64,000 nucleotides of DNA from Candidatus Woesearchaeota archaeon (GTDB lineage Archaea > Nanobdellota > Nanobdellia > Woesearchaeales > GCA-2686295): NCBI GenBank assembly GCA_937912225.1, contig CALDOJ010000034.1, forward strand, positions 556 to 64,555, given 5' to 3'. Shown one piece after another: positions 28,434-37,070 of the stretch. The position numbers were made by a program, and so were the translations under genes. The first letter of the stretch is position 1; every line of letters starts with the position of its first letter. The notes beneath the pieces are model-generated. The model saw only the letters and a program-made list of their open reading frames with translations. It made no database searches and was not told where the DNA came from.

Positions 28434-29567
28434 TTATACCTCTATAATTCTTATTTGTGTTCCTAACACTGAATCAGCCACTCTTGAAGAATATTTTGCA
28501 GGAGTTATAATCATTTCATCTCTCCAGTCTTCTCGATATATGACTTGTGCTAGTTCTTTTCCTTTTGTTTTATGATTAGGAGCGTAAGTGTATTGTCTTG
28601 AAAATCTTAAAAATCCTGCTTCCGGGTCTTCTTCTAATAATTCTTTTGTTATTGGTAATTGTGGAATTTCATTCGATCCTGTTTGATATTTTGTTTCAAA
28701 AGGACCTATTAAGGATTTTGATACATGAACTGGATGTAAACTTTCAAAGCCTTCATCTATTTTTTTTAAAACATACCATGCAGCTAAACTATCAGAATTA
28801 AATTTTAGTGCAGATCTTAACTGATTAGTTAATTGATATTCACCATTACTATCTTTTTCAATATGTGTTTCTCTAATATCCTGCCATAAATCTATAGTGT
28901 ATGCTTGAAACATTCCAGATGCTAATGAATAATTTACGAACGAGATATTAAATTGAGTTTCTCCAGCGAATGATTTTAATTTTGTAATTGTAGGTTTCAA
29001 ATCACTTGACTCCCAACCTAATAGAGTTGCATCTTTTAGTTGTTCAAGATAATTTATTCTCATAGCTTGTTTATGAATATCTTCAGCTACTCCGCCCACA
29101 TTTCCAATTTCAACATCATCTTGTAATAATAATCTGTCAAGATTTTGAGCTAATTTTGTAAAAGAAGGTAATTTTTTTAGTTTGTCTGGTGCAGATTTTT
29201 TTAGTTTGTTTAAAGCTATAAAATCGAATTGCCAAGGTAAACCTGACGAAGCGTTTATGTTTGCTTCTTCAAAATACCCTTTATTCTTTGAAGGATCATC
29301 TTTAGAAGTTTGCCAATCTAACCATTGATATTCTTCTCTTACAGTTTGAACCATGTTTGAAAGAGTTTTATAAGTGTTAGTAAACTTTGGTAACCTTTGC
29401 CAATCCCAATCTTTTCTTTTTGCAAAGTCTTCCATAGTTTTGAAATGATCAGCTTCTTTTTCAAAAACTAAATTTTGAGCTAATACGCCTAGAAATTTAT
29501 CTATTTGACTCAAGTAACGTGATTGTTCATCTCCTATTAATTTATGTTCTCTCACAACTCTTGTCAT
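28434..29567 (-). CDS. Hypothetical protein (377 aa)
   Basis: Long ORF with an aggtataaaaatg RBS. Trp-rich. No family. Confidence 0.6.
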   Translation of the reverse strand: MTRVVREHKLIGDEQSRYLSQIDKFLGVLAQNLVFEKEADHFKTMEDFAKRKDWDWQRLPKFTNTYKTLSNMVQTVREEYQWLDWQTSKDDPSKNKGYFEEANINASSGLPWQFDFIALNKLKKSAPDKLKKLPSFTKLAQNLDRLLLQDDVEIGNVGGVAEDIHKQAMRINYLEQLKDATLLGWESSDLKPTITKLKSFAGETQFNISFVNYSLASGMFQAYTIDLWQDIRETHIEKDSNGEYQLTNQLRSALKFNSDSLAAWYVLKKIDEGFESLHPVHVSKSLIGPFETKYQTGSNEIPQLPITKELLEEDPEAGFLRFSRQYTYAPNHKTKGKELAQVIYREDWRDEMIITPAKYSSRVADSVLGTQIRIIEV

Positions 29568-29595
29568 TTTTGCACCTCTTTAAAAATAAATTTAA

Positions 29596-29626
29596 AAAAT
29601 GCTCAGCAGATAATCTGCTGGCATGC
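29596..29626 (-). terminator. Candidate intra-operon terminator or attenuator: a hairpin followed by a T-tract on the minus strand
   Basis: The minus strand reads gccagcagattatctgctgagcattttttaaatttattttt. This is a 6-bp stem (cagcag/ctgctg), a 5-nt loop and a T-run. It lies between the stop of 29667..30896 and the start of 28434..29567. Confidence 0.3.
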
Positions 29627-29666
29627 TCAAAACTAAAAATTTCTGAGCAAAAAATAAAAAATAACT

Positions 29667-30896
29667 TCACTGATGCGTTGCATAGTGAGGTTGTTCTGGA
29701 ATAGCAGATAATCTTTGCTGGTTCTCTGCCCATTCCATCTTTTGATTGTTAAGGTCTTTCATAAAGCCTTGAACTTGTTGAGTTACAGCTTCTGCTTTAT
29801 CAACATCATAGATAGGAGTTTTTAATAAATCAAAAACCTCTGCAGCTAAATGCGTAGTTAAATGTGCATTAGCTTCCATTAACTGTTGTGATTTAGCAGC
29901 AACTTCTACTAAAGTCTTTTTAATATCTAAAGCAGCAACACCGGCTGAAGCAATCTTTCCTTGTATTTTAAATACAGGAACCATATCTTCCATTGCGTGT
30001 TTATATTTAATTTCAAGTTCGCTCATTGAGTCTATCAAAGCATTGATAGCTACATAGTTTGCTTTTGAAGCAGCTGCAGCTCCTTTTGCTGATTGAACTC
30101 CTTCTGCCGAGTCTAATATTTCTCTTCTAATACTAGAAACTACTCCATCTGCAGATAATTTTCCATCCAGAACTCCATATTTCATGTCTAAGACTTGAGT
30201 CATTTCACTTGTCAATCTGTCTACAGATTTCAAATCACTTGATTCTTTTGCTACTTGTATTTGACTTTCATAATCAACAAGAACTGTTTCAATATCTTTT
30301 AGTTCTGTTTGTAATTTCTCAACTTCACTCTTTGCTTGTTCCATATCAGAAGAAGTATATAATCCATTTTTCAGACTATCAATTAATTTTTGATCAAGAG
30401 ATTTCATATGAGCAACATTTTCAACTTGCATTGATTCTGCATTTGCTCTTCCATCAATTGCGTTTTGATATTGGTCTCCTAAGACTTCAGCTATACGATC
30501 AACCATGTATTCTAATGCATCTCCTTTTTTTCCAGCTGCATCAATTTTCATTTGTCTAGCTTTTCCTTTTCGTCCAATAAATTCATTGAATTTAATTCTA
30601 ATACCTTCTCCAGTAGTATATAATTTCTTTGAACCAATTAATGTTTGAAAATTAACATTTAATTTTCCATATGTTTCTGCTAATTCAACCATATCTAGTT
30701 GTAAAGCAGCCATTTCTTTGTGAATAGCACCAGTACTTGTTTGTGTTGAAGAAGGCACTTTACCTAATCTTTTTTTGTCCATTTCTAGTGTTTCTTCTGA
30801 TGCGTCAAACGCTTCATACACTTCTTCTTTAGAAGTTGATTTTTCAACTTTATATTTATCAGTTAGTTCTTCCAATTTTGTTTTTTGTTCACTCAT
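29667..30896 (-). CDS. Long coiled-coil protein (409 aa), all alpha-helical. A TelA- or PspA-like architecture is possible but unproven.
   Basis: Heptad-rich sequence throughout. Strong RBS (aggaggaataaaatg). It has its own promoter-like region upstream. Confidence 0.6.
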   Translation of the reverse strand: MSEQKTKLEELTDKYKVEKSTSKEEVYEAFDASEETLEMDKKRLGKVPSSTQTSTGAIHKEMAALQLDMVELAETYGKLNVNFQTLIGSKKLYTTGEGIRIKFNEFIGRKGKARQMKIDAAGKKGDALEYMVDRIAEVLGDQYQNAIDGRANAESMQVENVAHMKSLDQKLIDSLKNGLYTSSDMEQAKSEVEKLQTELKDIETVLVDYESQIQVAKESSDLKSVDRLTSEMTQVLDMKYGVLDGKLSADGVVSSIRREILDSAEGVQSAKGAAAASKANYVAINALIDSMSELEIKYKHAMEDMVPVFKIQGKIASAGVAALDIKKTLVEVAAKSQQLMEANAHLTTHLAAEVFDLLKTPIYDVDKAEAVTQQVQGFMKDLNNQKMEWAENQQRLSAIPEQPHYATHQ

Positions 30897-30963
30897 TTTA
30901 TTCCTCCTAATATACTCTTTTTTTTATAAAATATCGAAAATATACTCTTTTTTATCACTGCGA

Positions 30964-30990
30964 AGTAGTTATTATATATAAATGTTTCTA
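30964..30990 (-). promoter_or_regulatory. Putative promoter of the 29667..30896 unit, with a TATA box, a BRE-like box and an inverted AGTAGTTA 8-mer
   Basis: The minus strand reads agaaacatttatatataataactacttcg. Two 14-bp direct repeats (aaaaaagagtatat) sit in the downstream 5' leader at about 30905-30960. Confidence 0.35.
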
Positions 30991-32421
30991 TTAAAAGTCT
31001 TTAATATCATATAAACCACCTATTGCACTGCCAACATCCCTGATCATACCGCCCGCGAATTGCCCGTTTGAAACAGGAACAACTTTAGTATCAGGTCCTG
31101 CAGCCATTCCAATTTCTTTAGTTATAGCCCGAGTACTTGAGTTTCCATCAATTAAAAACAATCTAAGCATGATTTCAGGACAATCTCGAAATTTAGAAGC
31201 TGAATTAATAGCTGCTTCAACAGAATCAGGCGCTCCATCACTAATTAAATAAGCAATAGAAGGACCTTTGCCTTGCAATACGTTAAACAACCAATCTAAA
31301 GCTAAATGAGTAGGTGTGCCACCATAAGGATGCACATTCTTCATCAAATCAGCAGTAGAAACAGGCCTAACTGAATCTTGACTATAAACAGATAAATAAA
31401 CATTATTCGAAGGATTTAATTGTCTCATCAAAGAATGATTAGCAAGAACAGTCTTTTGAGCCATAGAAAAACGATCACCCTCCATACTACCACTAAGATC
31501 AAGACTCATAGCAGTATCAATAGATACTTTAGTAGACTCAAAACTCTGCGATTTACCAACAATTAAATAAGGAAATTGAGGCTTTCTATAACCTCTTGTA
31601 CGAGAATAAATAGTAGATTGAACCCAATCAACATCAGATAATTCAGATAAATCTTCCATTTCATCCCAATGATCAACTACACCATCATAAGTTCTTTTTA
31701 AGTTTGACATGAACCCAGAATGACCGTCAGATGTCTCAATACCTTTAACAATTTCATCCAAAAAGATATCTTCTAAAGACTTCACAATTTGTTGCTCATC
31801 AAACTGCAGAACACCAGATTCATTAGATACATATTCAGAACTTTCAATAAAAGTTTTAAGTTTCTCTTTAGCAATTCTTGTAGCATCTGTTTTAATATTA
31901 ACTTCAGATTTTTGATCTTCCAGTTTAGATTCAATATCACCCTTCTTATTCTCAAATTCATCAGCAATGTTTCGAGTTTGTTCTTCTTTTTCAGTTATAC
32001 TCTGTTGATAAGCATCAGAAGCACCAACTAAATAATCATTAGCGCCACGCACAGCATCAGTATTATTAAGCAAAGTTTGTTCTGCTTGACTTAAAGCTAA
32101 AAGTTCATCTGTAAGATTAGCATCATAAACTTCTTGAATACTATCCCTAGTTTCAATTGCATAGGCTTCAATCATTTTATCAGTTTTTTTTGCATACCAA
32201 CCTTTGAAAACTTTTTTTCCAACAGCAAGTCTAAGACGAGCAGAACCAGATAAATCAAGAAAATCATGAACTATTTCACGAAAAACTGTTTCAGATTTAT
32301 AACGATTAGAAAAACGTTCAATAAACTCTTCTAATTGAGGAACTTGAGAAATACCACTAAAAGAACTAACAGGTTCTTGACCTTCATTCACAATTTCATC
32401 TATTTTATCTTCCATTTTCAA
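30991..32421 (-). CDS. Protein with a coiled-coil N-terminus and a C-terminal vWA domain
   Basis: MIDAS LDLSGSM, GGTPTHLALDW and ISDGAPD in the last ~190 aa. The N-terminal ~270 aa is a helical coiled coil. Confidence 0.75.
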   Translation of the reverse strand: MKMEDKIDEIVNEGQEPVSSFSGISQVPQLEEFIERFSNRYKSETVFREIVHDFLDLSGSARLRLAVGKKVFKGWYAKKTDKMIEAYAIETRDSIQEVYDANLTDELLALSQAEQTLLNNTDAVRGANDYLVGASDAYQQSITEKEEQTRNIADEFENKKGDIESKLEDQKSEVNIKTDATRIAKEKLKTFIESSEYVSNESGVLQFDEQQIVKSLEDIFLDEIVKGIETSDGHSGFMSNLKRTYDGVVDHWDEMEDLSELSDVDWVQSTIYSRTRGYRKPQFPYLIVGKSQSFESTKVSIDTAMSLDLSGSMEGDRFSMAQKTVLANHSLMRQLNPSNNVYLSVYSQDSVRPVSTADLMKNVHPYGGTPTHLALDWLFNVLQGKGPSIAYLISDGAPDSVEAAINSASKFRDCPEIMLRLFLIDGNSSTRAITKEIGMAAGPDTKVVPVSNGQFAGGMIRDVGSAIGGLYDIKDF

Positions 32422-33227
32422 AATAATTTATAATTAAGTACTTTCCAGACTTTTCTACCAAATCGATAAATAGGCCCGTCTTTTTGTTCAGTAGCAGTTT
32501 TTCGTTGCCAAAAATGTTTCTTCTCAACTAAAGTATCAAGAGTTTCACCTTCTAAAGGATCAATCTCCCCTTTAACAGTTGCAAGATCTAAAGCTCTTTG
32601 AATATTAGAACTCCCATAATAAGCAAAACTTTGATCTGCATAAGCAGGATCCATACTGGAAACATCAAGATGACTTACACGTTTCTTTCGTTTAGCTTTT
32701 TTCTTTTCAGGACCTGAATAACCATCTTGTAAAGCATCATTAATTCTCATAAGTTTTTCATAAGCTTCACGACCGCCAACTGCTTGTAATTTCTCTTCAA
32801 TTCTCGCCCTCATTTCATTAAGACGAGCTTGAGCAGCAGTATACGCTTTATTTGATGAATCAACTTTAGAATCGGCGTCTCTTTTAGCTCTTTCTTTATC
32901 AGCAACTTCTTTACCAAGAGTTTGTTCAATTTCAAAAAGAACTTGTTCTTTTTCAAATTCTTCTGCAGCAATAGCTTTTTTTTGTTGATAATCAAGCTTA
33001 TCAAGTGCAGCATCTTTTTGAAACTCAAGATTCTCAGCGATTTGTTCAGATAACTGTTCAATAATACTATAATCATTAAGAATCGCATCAACAGCATTTG
33101 TTGCAGAAGAGCCATTCTTCCAAGCATCAACCATTGCACGCTTAATAACTTCGTCTATATTAGAAAAATCAATAGGCGGAATACGAAATAATGCACAATC
33201 CGCTAACCTATAATCGCTAAGTCTCAT
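32418..33227 (-). CDS. Coiled-coil protein (269 aa) with a basic patch
   Basis: Helical with a KKKAKRKKR stretch. It overlaps the next gene by 4 bp. The Lys/Leu-rich ORF inside it in another frame is spurious. Confidence 0.55.
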   Translation of the reverse strand: MRLSDYRLADCALFRIPPIDFSNIDEVIKRAMVDAWKNGSSATNAVDAILNDYSIIEQLSEQIAENLEFQKDAALDKLDYQQKKAIAAEEFEKEQVLFEIEQTLGKEVADKERAKRDADSKVDSSNKAYTAAQARLNEMRARIEEKLQAVGGREAYEKLMRINDALQDGYSGPEKKKAKRKKRVSHLDVSSMDPAYADQSFAYYGSSNIQRALDLATVKGEIDPLEGETLDTLVEKKHFWQRKTATEQKDGPIYRFGRKVWKVLNYKLF

Positions 33228-33237
33228 TGTTCAGAGA

Positions 33238-35532
33238 TTACTTTTCTCCACCAATTTCACAACTAGTGTTCTCTCTGCTCTTCATAAAATACTCCATCGA
33301 TGTAATTAATTCAGAAACAGTTATTTCACCAAAGTTTGGTTGTTGTCTAAACAAGTAATCCATGAAAGGAAACATTATTTTTGCTTCTTGTTGTCTCTTT
33401 GAAGGATTCGGACTATAAGCCTGTTTAACTTGGTTAAAATTAGCAGTTGCAACTTCAACATTATTTTCATATGAATCTAATTCTTGAATTAAATTATCTT
33501 CAATTTCAGGAATTTGAGTCTTTGCAATAGCAACTTCTTTATAAGCTCTGCACCACCAAGTATCTTCTTCTCGATTCAAGACATCATTAAAATTGTTCTC
33601 AACCCATCCAATAAGTGCCTCTTTAGAACTAATATCCGCGTCACGAGTACTTTCTTGAACTCTAGAACAAAAAGCGAATTGAATACCAGAAATAGCATAT
33701 TCTGCAGTTGCAACTTCAGGAGCTTCTTCATAAAACAATTTATCAAGAGTTAATTGTGCTCTTGCAGCATCTAATGCATCAAACTTTGCACGATTACTTC
33801 CAGTTTCTTTTTGCTTTCCAGCACCAGTATATTCTGCTCTAAATTTTAAAAATAAAGCATCAACTGCTCGTTCAATAATTACAGGCATTTGAACCTTTCT
33901 AATTGATAACTCACCATTATCTCTGTGCGTATCTCCAACGTCATAAGATTCAACTTCATTTGCTTCTTTATGATAACCTTTTCTAGTAATACTATAACTA
34001 GTATCTTCATCTGTTGGATAACGAATAGCCATAAGAGCCATTCGATCATTCAAAGGACCAGTAAACACAGTATGATCATTCGCAGTTCCAATTATTAAAG
34101 CATCCGCAGGATATTCAAATCTTAATTGATCAGGTTTAATAGTTTCATCTTCAAGCGCTTTTAACATGCTACTATAAGCTTGAGGTCTTAACTTATCCAT
34201 CTCATCAAAAAATGCAATGCCATTATTTGTTCTTACAAGCAAACCTGCATGAAATCCTTCAGGATCGAAGTCACTTTCTCGTTTACCAGTTGTAGTACCA
34301 TCAAGTTTAGGAGTTTTATAACCTGCCAAATCCATTCGTTTTAAACCTTCAGTTCCTTCTGAACTTTCAATACCCATACCTTTACCATACTTTGCAACTT
34401 TGACTTTTACATCTTTAGCAGCAGGTTTTTTGAAAAAACCAGTATCTTTAAAATTAGGGTCGTAAGAAATTTTACATTCAGGACAAGCATCAATTATTTT
34501 TGAAAAGTCCTCATCAAAAAGACTATAAGGATTACATTGTGCTTGACAACCATCAACAATGAAAATAACTTCTTGTTGTTGTGCAATATCAATAATATCT
34601 GCACTAATTTGCGATTTTCCACCACCCGGAGGACCATAGAAAACAAAGTCTTTTCCAAGTAATAAAGCCTTTACAACTCTTTCGGCTCTTTTTGTACTAA
34701 TAACAGTTTTTGGAAAGAATTCGCCAAGAACATATCTTTTAATTTCTTCTTCTTTATCAGCAGGAACTATTTGTCCTAAACTAGAAGCTTGAATATCTTC
34801 ATAATGACCATTAATTCCTAATTTAAAGTTAGTTCTTCTTCCTTGTTTAGCAATAGGTTCATCAAACTCGACATCTATTGTATTACGAGAAGGCACATAA
34901 TGTTTAAGCATAGCAGTTGCTCCCGCCTCAATTTTAATTCCACCACTAATTCGTTCAGAATTAGAATCCCAAACACTTGATGCATCAAATCCTTTTTTAA
35001 ATCTGATCTTATGTCCAAGTTTTTTATCAGCAACAACTTCATCATCAAGAGAATAACCAACAGTTATAGTTCTCTTTCCAGGAAATAGTTTTAAATTATT
35101 CAAAGGAACATATAATCCATGTTCATCATTAAGAGCACCATTCAAATTATTAGCACCTTCAAATCCTTTATTAAATTCAATTCCAACTAAAGGTACTCCT
35201 CTAGTAGTTATTGGCGTTTTAATAACTCCCTTCATACCAGCTATAGGTCGCCCTTCATAATTAGACATTGCTTCAACTTTCATTCCTTCTTGAGCATACT
35301 TCATTATTTCCTCAGCACCAGTTACTAATGGAGGAACTTTTTCAGTTATACTGTTGAATGCAGAATTCCATTTTCCAAGCATTTCATCATTTATTTGCGG
35401 TACAATTGTTTTGAGAATTGACTCTAATCTTCTACGAGTGATTAAAGCGAGATGTGTTGAAGAAGTTTTTGGAACAACTCCTAAATTTACTAAATCTTTT
35501 CCTGTTTTGACCTTAAGGTAATCTTCAAGCAT
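33238..35532 (-). CDS. AAA+ ATPase of the ChlI/MCM/ComM-like clade. A Cys4 zinc-ribbon insertion lies between Walker A and Walker B.
   Basis: Walker A FYGPPGGGKSQ, CQAQCNPY...CPECK insertion, Walker B IAFFDEMDKL, sensor-1 IIGTAN and Arg-finger-like LNDRMALMAIRY. RBS ggaggcg. A promoter sits upstream. Confidence 0.8.
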   Translation of the reverse strand: MLEDYLKVKTGKDLVNLGVVPKTSSTHLALITRRRLESILKTIVPQINDEMLGKWNSAFNSITEKVPPLVTGAEEIMKYAQEGMKVEAMSNYEGRPIAGMKGVIKTPITTRGVPLVGIEFNKGFEGANNLNGALNDEHGLYVPLNNLKLFPGKRTITVGYSLDDEVVADKKLGHKIRFKKGFDASSVWDSNSERISGGIKIEAGATAMLKHYVPSRNTIDVEFDEPIAKQGRRTNFKLGINGHYEDIQASSLGQIVPADKEEEIKRYVLGEFFPKTVISTKRAERVVKALLLGKDFVFYGPPGGGKSQISADIIDIAQQQEVIFIVDGCQAQCNPYSLFDEDFSKIIDACPECKISYDPNFKDTGFFKKPAAKDVKVKVAKYGKGMGIESSEGTEGLKRMDLAGYKTPKLDGTTTGKRESDFDPEGFHAGLLVRTNNGIAFFDEMDKLRPQAYSSMLKALEDETIKPDQLRFEYPADALIIGTANDHTVFTGPLNDRMALMAIRYPTDEDTSYSITRKGYHKEANEVESYDVGDTHRDNGELSIRKVQMPVIIERAVDALFLKFRAEYTGAGKQKETGSNRAKFDALDAARAQLTLDKLFYEEAPEVATAEYAISGIQFAFCSRVQESTRDADISSKEALIGWVENNFNDVLNREEDTWWCRAYKEVAIAKTQIPEIEDNLIQELDSYENNVEVATANFNQVKQAYSPNPSKRQQEAKIMFPFMDYLFRQQPNFGEITVSELITSMEYFMKSRENTSCEIGGEK

Positions 35533-35647
35533 TTTTTACGCCTCCAAAAATGTTAATTTTTGAGATTCCAGAAAGCTCTGCTTTCCGATAACCTCCTAAA
35601 AAATAATATATTTTAAACATGTTTTTACTCTTAGAATAAGATTATAG

Positions 35648-35676
35648 TATATAAATGTTTCGATTTGTAACTACTA
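35648..35676 (-). promoter_or_regulatory. Putative promoter of the AAA+/vWA unit: the AGTAGTTA box, a BRE-like cgaaac and the TATA box tttatata
   Basis: The minus strand reads cttaatagtagttacaaatcgaaacatttatatac, about 115 nt upstream of the ATG at 35532. Confidence 0.4.
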
Positions 35677-35698
35677 TTAAGTGATAATAAATTGGGTC

Positions 35699-36835
35699 TT
35701 AGAAATAATTCCTAATCATATCAGTAAAAGCCCTAGCAATATTATTCAACTGCCTTTTTTCAAACTTTGTTTCAGCAAGAGTTTGACCCTCTAAAGGTTT
35801 ATCAGAACCTACACCAGCAAAGAAATATCTTACTGCATCAACACCATCATAATGATTATGATAACTAGCCATAGGGCCCCATTCCATATCAATAGTTGTA
35901 GCACCAAGATCTCTTGCTTCTTCTAACACAACTCTTTTTTGTCTTAAGATTGATGCAGTATTCAAAGTCGAACCTTCATGAAATGAACCAACATATTTTT
36001 CAAGCATTTCCGTAGCTTTAGGATTAATTAATAATTGATTATTAATTGGATAAATTGTTTGTAAATTATCCTTCAATAATTTCTCATCCATAAATCCTGT
36101 TGGTACAAATACATCTCCAACATTAGCTTTTGAATCTAAAACTCCAACTTTACCATAATGAAAAATATTAACCCACGCACCCAATACTTCATTATTAGTT
36201 GCTAAACAAAATTGTTCTATAACATTCTTTGCCTGGTCAGCAAAAACATAATCAAAATTAACAGCAAAATATCCGCCCATGTCAAGCAATCTGTAATTCA
36301 AAAAATCATTTTTTATTTCATCAATTACTTCAATACCTTCATCTAATGGAAAATTATCAAACGGTCCAAAAATAACATTTAAAACACCATCATGAGTAAA
36401 CTCTTCAACATCCAATCTATCATAAGCCTCATTTACAAGTTCAAATGCTAAATCTCTAAATCTTGCACTTGCAAATTTTTGTTCGCCACCAAAATGTTTT
36501 ATATCCCAGTTTAGTTTTTGTTCTGTTGCTCTTCCTAAAATACCAAAATGATGCCTGATTCTATCATAACGTATATCGCCTTTAGTATTTATTACATGAA
36601 GCGTTCCTGTTGCTTCATCATAGAAATTGCTTTCAACAGAAGCAATTGGTTTAAACTTGAGAAAGCCCCCCATCTCAGGTTCTACTTCCTCTGGTTTAAA
36701 TCCATTATGAAGAACTAAATGTTCTAAGTTCTCAAGTTGTTTTGCCCTGATTGCCTCATCAGGATGCAGTTGTCTATCAACAGTATATTGCACTCTTTTT
36801 TCATCATCCATTAAATCTGTATATATATCAGTCAT
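35699..36835 (-). CDS. Phosphorylase-superfamily (PNP/MTAN-like) nucleosidase-domain protein with an N-terminal extension
   Basis: VGDVFVPTGFM (resembles GDVVV), ATTIDMEWGPMA (resembles the VEMEAAA catalytic-region motif) and FFAGVGSD (resembles RAISD), all in the C-terminal half. Confidence 0.65.
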   Translation of the reverse strand: MTDIYTDLMDDEKRVQYTVDRQLHPDEAIRAKQLENLEHLVLHNGFKPEEVEPEMGGFLKFKPIASVESNFYDEATGTLHVINTKGDIRYDRIRHHFGILGRATEQKLNWDIKHFGGEQKFASARFRDLAFELVNEAYDRLDVEEFTHDGVLNVIFGPFDNFPLDEGIEVIDEIKNDFLNYRLLDMGGYFAVNFDYVFADQAKNVIEQFCLATNNEVLGAWVNIFHYGKVGVLDSKANVGDVFVPTGFMDEKLLKDNLQTIYPINNQLLINPKATEMLEKYVGSFHEGSTLNTASILRQKRVVLEEARDLGATTIDMEWGPMASYHNHYDGVDAVRYFFAGVGSDKPLEGQTLAETKFEKRQLNNIARAFTDMIRNYF

Positions 36836-36836
36836 T

Positions 36837-37037
36837 TTAATAGTAAGTATTCCTCATTCTTCTTTCTCTTCTGCCAGAGCCATATAAATTAAAATGGTCT
36901 CCTGCTTTATCCCAAATAGCTCCAGCTCCAGCTCCAAGAGCAGTATATCCTAAAAGAACTAATCCAAATAAGCCTATACGGAATTTGTTTAAATTAGATC
37001 CTGCTTTAAAGTTCATTTCATAACCATCCATAGCCAT
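36837..37037 (-). CDS. Small membrane protein (66 aa)
   Basis: One Gly/Ala-rich TM helix (IGLFGLVLLGYTALGAGAGAIW). Its stop is 1 nt from the downstream start. Confidence 0.4.
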   Translation of the reverse strand: MAMDGYEMNFKAGSNLNKFRIGLFGLVLLGYTALGAGAGAIWDKAGDHFNLYGSGRRERRMRNTYY

Positions 37038-37070
37038 TTTTTATTTAATAATTCGTTTCAATATATAAAG

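Noticed and set aside
29667-30896. Calling the 409-aa coiled-coil protein TelA or PspA
   Set aside because: Only size and all-helical character support the call. No diagnostic motif was seen, so I left it as a generic coiled-coil protein.
32810-33139. A 109-aa Lys/Leu-rich ORF on the minus strand inside 32418..33227
   Set aside because: It lies in an alternative frame within a better-supported coiled-coil gene and has a low-complexity composition.
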